64,000 nucleotides of DNA from Clostridia bacterium. Its GTDB lineage: Bacteria > Bacillota > Clostridia > Acetivibrionales > STF1-152. A program made the translations under genes and the position numbers. The notes under the pieces are model-generated. The model had not been told where the DNA came from. It saw only the letters and a list, made by a program, of their open reading frames with translations, and searched no databases. The stretch spans positions 14,136 through 78,135 of the forward strand of contig JANQLN010000050.1 in assembly GCA_028280575.1 (NCBI GenBank). The letters run 5' to 3'. Shown one piece after another: positions 62,567 through 64,000 of this stretch (position 1 is its first letter; the number at the start of each line of letters is the position of its first letter).

Positions 62567-64000
62567 TCACCTTAATCTACTATTATTTTGTGTGATAAGT
62601 TTTCCCATCTTTAAATTAAGACAATCAATCATCAAGCTAATATTTTGATGTCTGCAAAGATGCTCTTTAATGTCCTCGATGTTAAATATTTTCTGTTCAC
62701 CAGGGAATATAGTGCTGAAATTTTCATTGCATATTATGCTTTTTTGAATATTTTTAAGATATATATTGACAAACAGTGCTGCCTCTCTGCCGTTATTCCT
62801 AATTGTTACACTTAGCTTGTCATCTTCTTCGCTTAAATATTCTGCTACAAGTTCTGTATTTTCTATGCAGGTCAAATTTTCAAATGGCCTTTCCCTTTTT
62901 TGTGAAAATATATAAACATTTTCAGTTTTATTGTTTTCACTATTCTTTACGATAAGCCTTACAAAAAATATTCCTTTACTCATTTCTTCAACGTTCCATA
63001 TTATATCGTCAAGATAAATACTCTTATCCCGGGGAATAATTTTGTCAAATTTATCGTACTTTATCAAATTTCCACATATATCCATAATCTCATACTCTAT
63101 TACAACTTTTTCACTTTTTACTGATGAATTATTGATATACAAATGTCCAAGAAACTTTTCTCCTTTTTCATAAATAAGTTTTTCATACTTGAGTGATGCA
63201 TGAATATGTTCATAGCTGTTTCTGATCCAGTAATAAGCCATTTTAGGATTTCCATAATAATCTACTGCATTGGTGCATGTTATATTTGGCCAAGGCTCGT
63301 TCATCTGCCAGGGAATACACCCACTGCAATAGAATTTTCTTCTCCTGTTAGATTCAATTATATATCTTAAAGCTTCTGCTTGTATAAACTGACTACATTT
63401 AACAATTACCTCAAGAGTATCCCTTTCTCCGAATATTACTTCATCTCTTTCATCTACATCCCACCAAGCAGCACCTTTATGATTCCAGAACATATTATTC
63501 TTATTTGCAGGCAAGTAATTTTTTTTATTTACAATTGATTCAACTACATCTTTTCTCGAACATCCTTCAGCTCCAAATTCACTATGTAGAAGGCAATCCA
63601 TCATATTATACTTTTTATAATGTTCTTCCATCCCTTCATAATTCCACATCCCATGTATATCATGGTGCATATTTTTACCTGTATTCTCTTTTTTATAGTG
63701 AACCGCTGGCCCCGATGGAGAAGTAGGAAAGAACATTCTCCCAGGATCATATTCATCAACAAGTTTTTTTAACATTTTCAGGTTTTTATCATTAAAATCC
63801 TGGGGTATAAAATCATCGGATATTAATTCATTACCCCCACACCATGCAACTAAGCTTACATGATTTCTTTTCCGGATAATAGCCTCCATGGATGTCTCAA
63901 AAAGCAGTTTCAGATATTCTTCATTTTTGTTAGTTTCATTACTTATACTTGAACTGCACTGAATAAATTCTTGCCATACCATAATTCCGTATCTGTCGCA
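62567..64000 (-). CDS. Glycoside hydrolase family 2 (beta-mannosidase / exo-beta-hexosaminidase-like), C-terminal part; 5' end outside the window
   Basis: The frame stays open to the window edge (CDRYGIMVWQEF). It has the acid/base region VAWCGGNE, a second catalytic region HSEFGAEG, and beta-sandwich C-terminal domains. Confidence 0.8.
   Translation of the reverse strand, partial: CDRYGIMVWQEFIQCSSSISNETNKNEEYLKLLFETSMEAIIRKRNHVSLVAWCGGNELISDDFIPQDFNDKNLKMLKKLVDEYDPGRMFFPTSPSGPAVHYKKENTGKNMHHDIHGMWNYEGMEEHYKKYNMMDCLLHSEFGAEGCSRKDVVESIVNKKNYLPANKNNMFWNHKGAAWWDVDERDEVIFGERDTLEVIVKCSQFIQAEALRYIIESNRRRKFYCSGCIPWQMNEPWPNITCTNAVDYYGNPKMAYYWIRNSYEHIHASLKYEKLIYEKGEKFLGHLYINNSSVKSEKVVIEYEIMDICGNLIKYDKFDKIIPRDKSIYLDDIIWNVEEMSKGIFFVRLIVKNSENNKTENVYIFSQKRERPFENLTCIENTELVAEYLSEEDDKLSVTIRNNGREAALFVNIYLKNIQKSIICNENFSTIFPGEQKIFNIEDIKEHLCRHQNISLMIDCLNLKMGKLITQNNSRLR

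Noticed and set aside
136-63726. Dozens of 60-170-aa ORFs in the six-frame track lie antisense to, or out of frame within, the long genes. Examples: 136-393, 14384-14803, 30843-31331, 34930-35418, 50586-51092, 53314-53805 and 54161-54679.
   Set aside because: They are fully embedded in longer ORFs with clear family motifs. They lack RBSs, and their Ser/Pro/Leu/Ile-rich sequences look like typical shadow frames. I treat them as non-coding.
27491-64000. Cellulosomal (dockerin-bearing) or cell-wall-anchored enzymes among the propellers, beta-helix proteins and GH2.
   Set aside because: I found no duplicated DxNxDGxxNxxD dockerin segments, SLH repeats or LPXTG motifs in any of them.
1-64000. Mobile genetic elements, toxin-antitoxin pairs, restriction-modification or other defence systems, and tRNA or rRNA genes.
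   Set aside because: None of the ORFs of 60 aa or more shows transposase/integrase DDE or Tyr-recombinase motifs, nuclease/ATPase defence signatures, or methyltransferase motifs other than the FkbM type. No tRNA-like cloverleaf region or rRNA-like conserved stretch was noticed in the intergenic regions.

Overview
The window looks like chromosomal DNA from a low-GC Gram-positive anaerobe. I place it in the Clostridia by eye: strong GGAGG-type ribosome-binding sites (RBS), LplABC/YesMN-type sugar uptake modules, CgeB-type glycosyltransferases and a CcdA/ResA pair. No search was run, so every product call rests on motifs I recognise in the translated ORFs. I support about 51 protein-coding genes. 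I saw no rRNA, tRNA, CRISPR array, transposase, integrase or phage module.

Layout:
1. 1-1198: the 3' part of a fused cysN/cysC (PAPS synthesis) gene.
2. 1211-11530: a glycan biosynthesis cluster. It has CgeB-like glycosyltransferases (GTs), a CgeB-GT2 fusion, a Cap5G/FnlC-type 2-epimerase, a UDP-HexNAc dehydrogenase, a PseB/FnlA-type 4,6-dehydratase, GT2, GT-B and FkbM methyltransferase genes. It has no flippase, polymerase or priming transferase.
3. 11691-12470: a Cys-rich protein with an internally duplicated CxxC...GFCxxH module. A 450-bp intergenic region full of palindromes follows it.
4. 12934-38320: a large catabolic island controlled by a DeoR regulator and a YesMN-type two-component system. 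One part is an amino-sugar set: class-III aminotransferase, FGGY kinase, ceramidase-like and NagA-like amidohydrolases, and a NagB-like enzyme. The island also has oxidoreductases, an LplABC-type ABC importer and two unassignable beta-propeller proteins. A second part is a sugar-acid set: enolase-superfamily dehydratase, HpcH aldolase and an aldo/keto reductase (AKR). This island is my best candidate for an undescribed pathway.
5. 38530-40290: an orphan, AT-rich, E. coli-type argS with its own promoter.
6. 40438-45737: AraC, URO-D-like, MATE and ccdA-resA genes.
7. 46047-47734: a ZTP (pfl-motif) riboswitch with a terminator, in front of an unusually long glyA.
8. 47786-56526: a TetR-controlled operon with two matching palindromic operators. 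It encodes a creatininase-family hydrolase, Gfo/Idh/MocA, an 887-aa domain-permuted dihydropyrimidine-dehydrogenase-like fusion, a 2-hydroxyacid dehydrogenase, an SDR and an FGGY kinase. This is my second candidate for an undescribed pathway.
9. 56740-64000, minus strand: a GH2 - Gfo/Idh/MocA - AGE epimerase - two tandem secreted beta-helix paralogs cluster.

Start codons were re-picked where RBS spacing argued against the ORF-track start.
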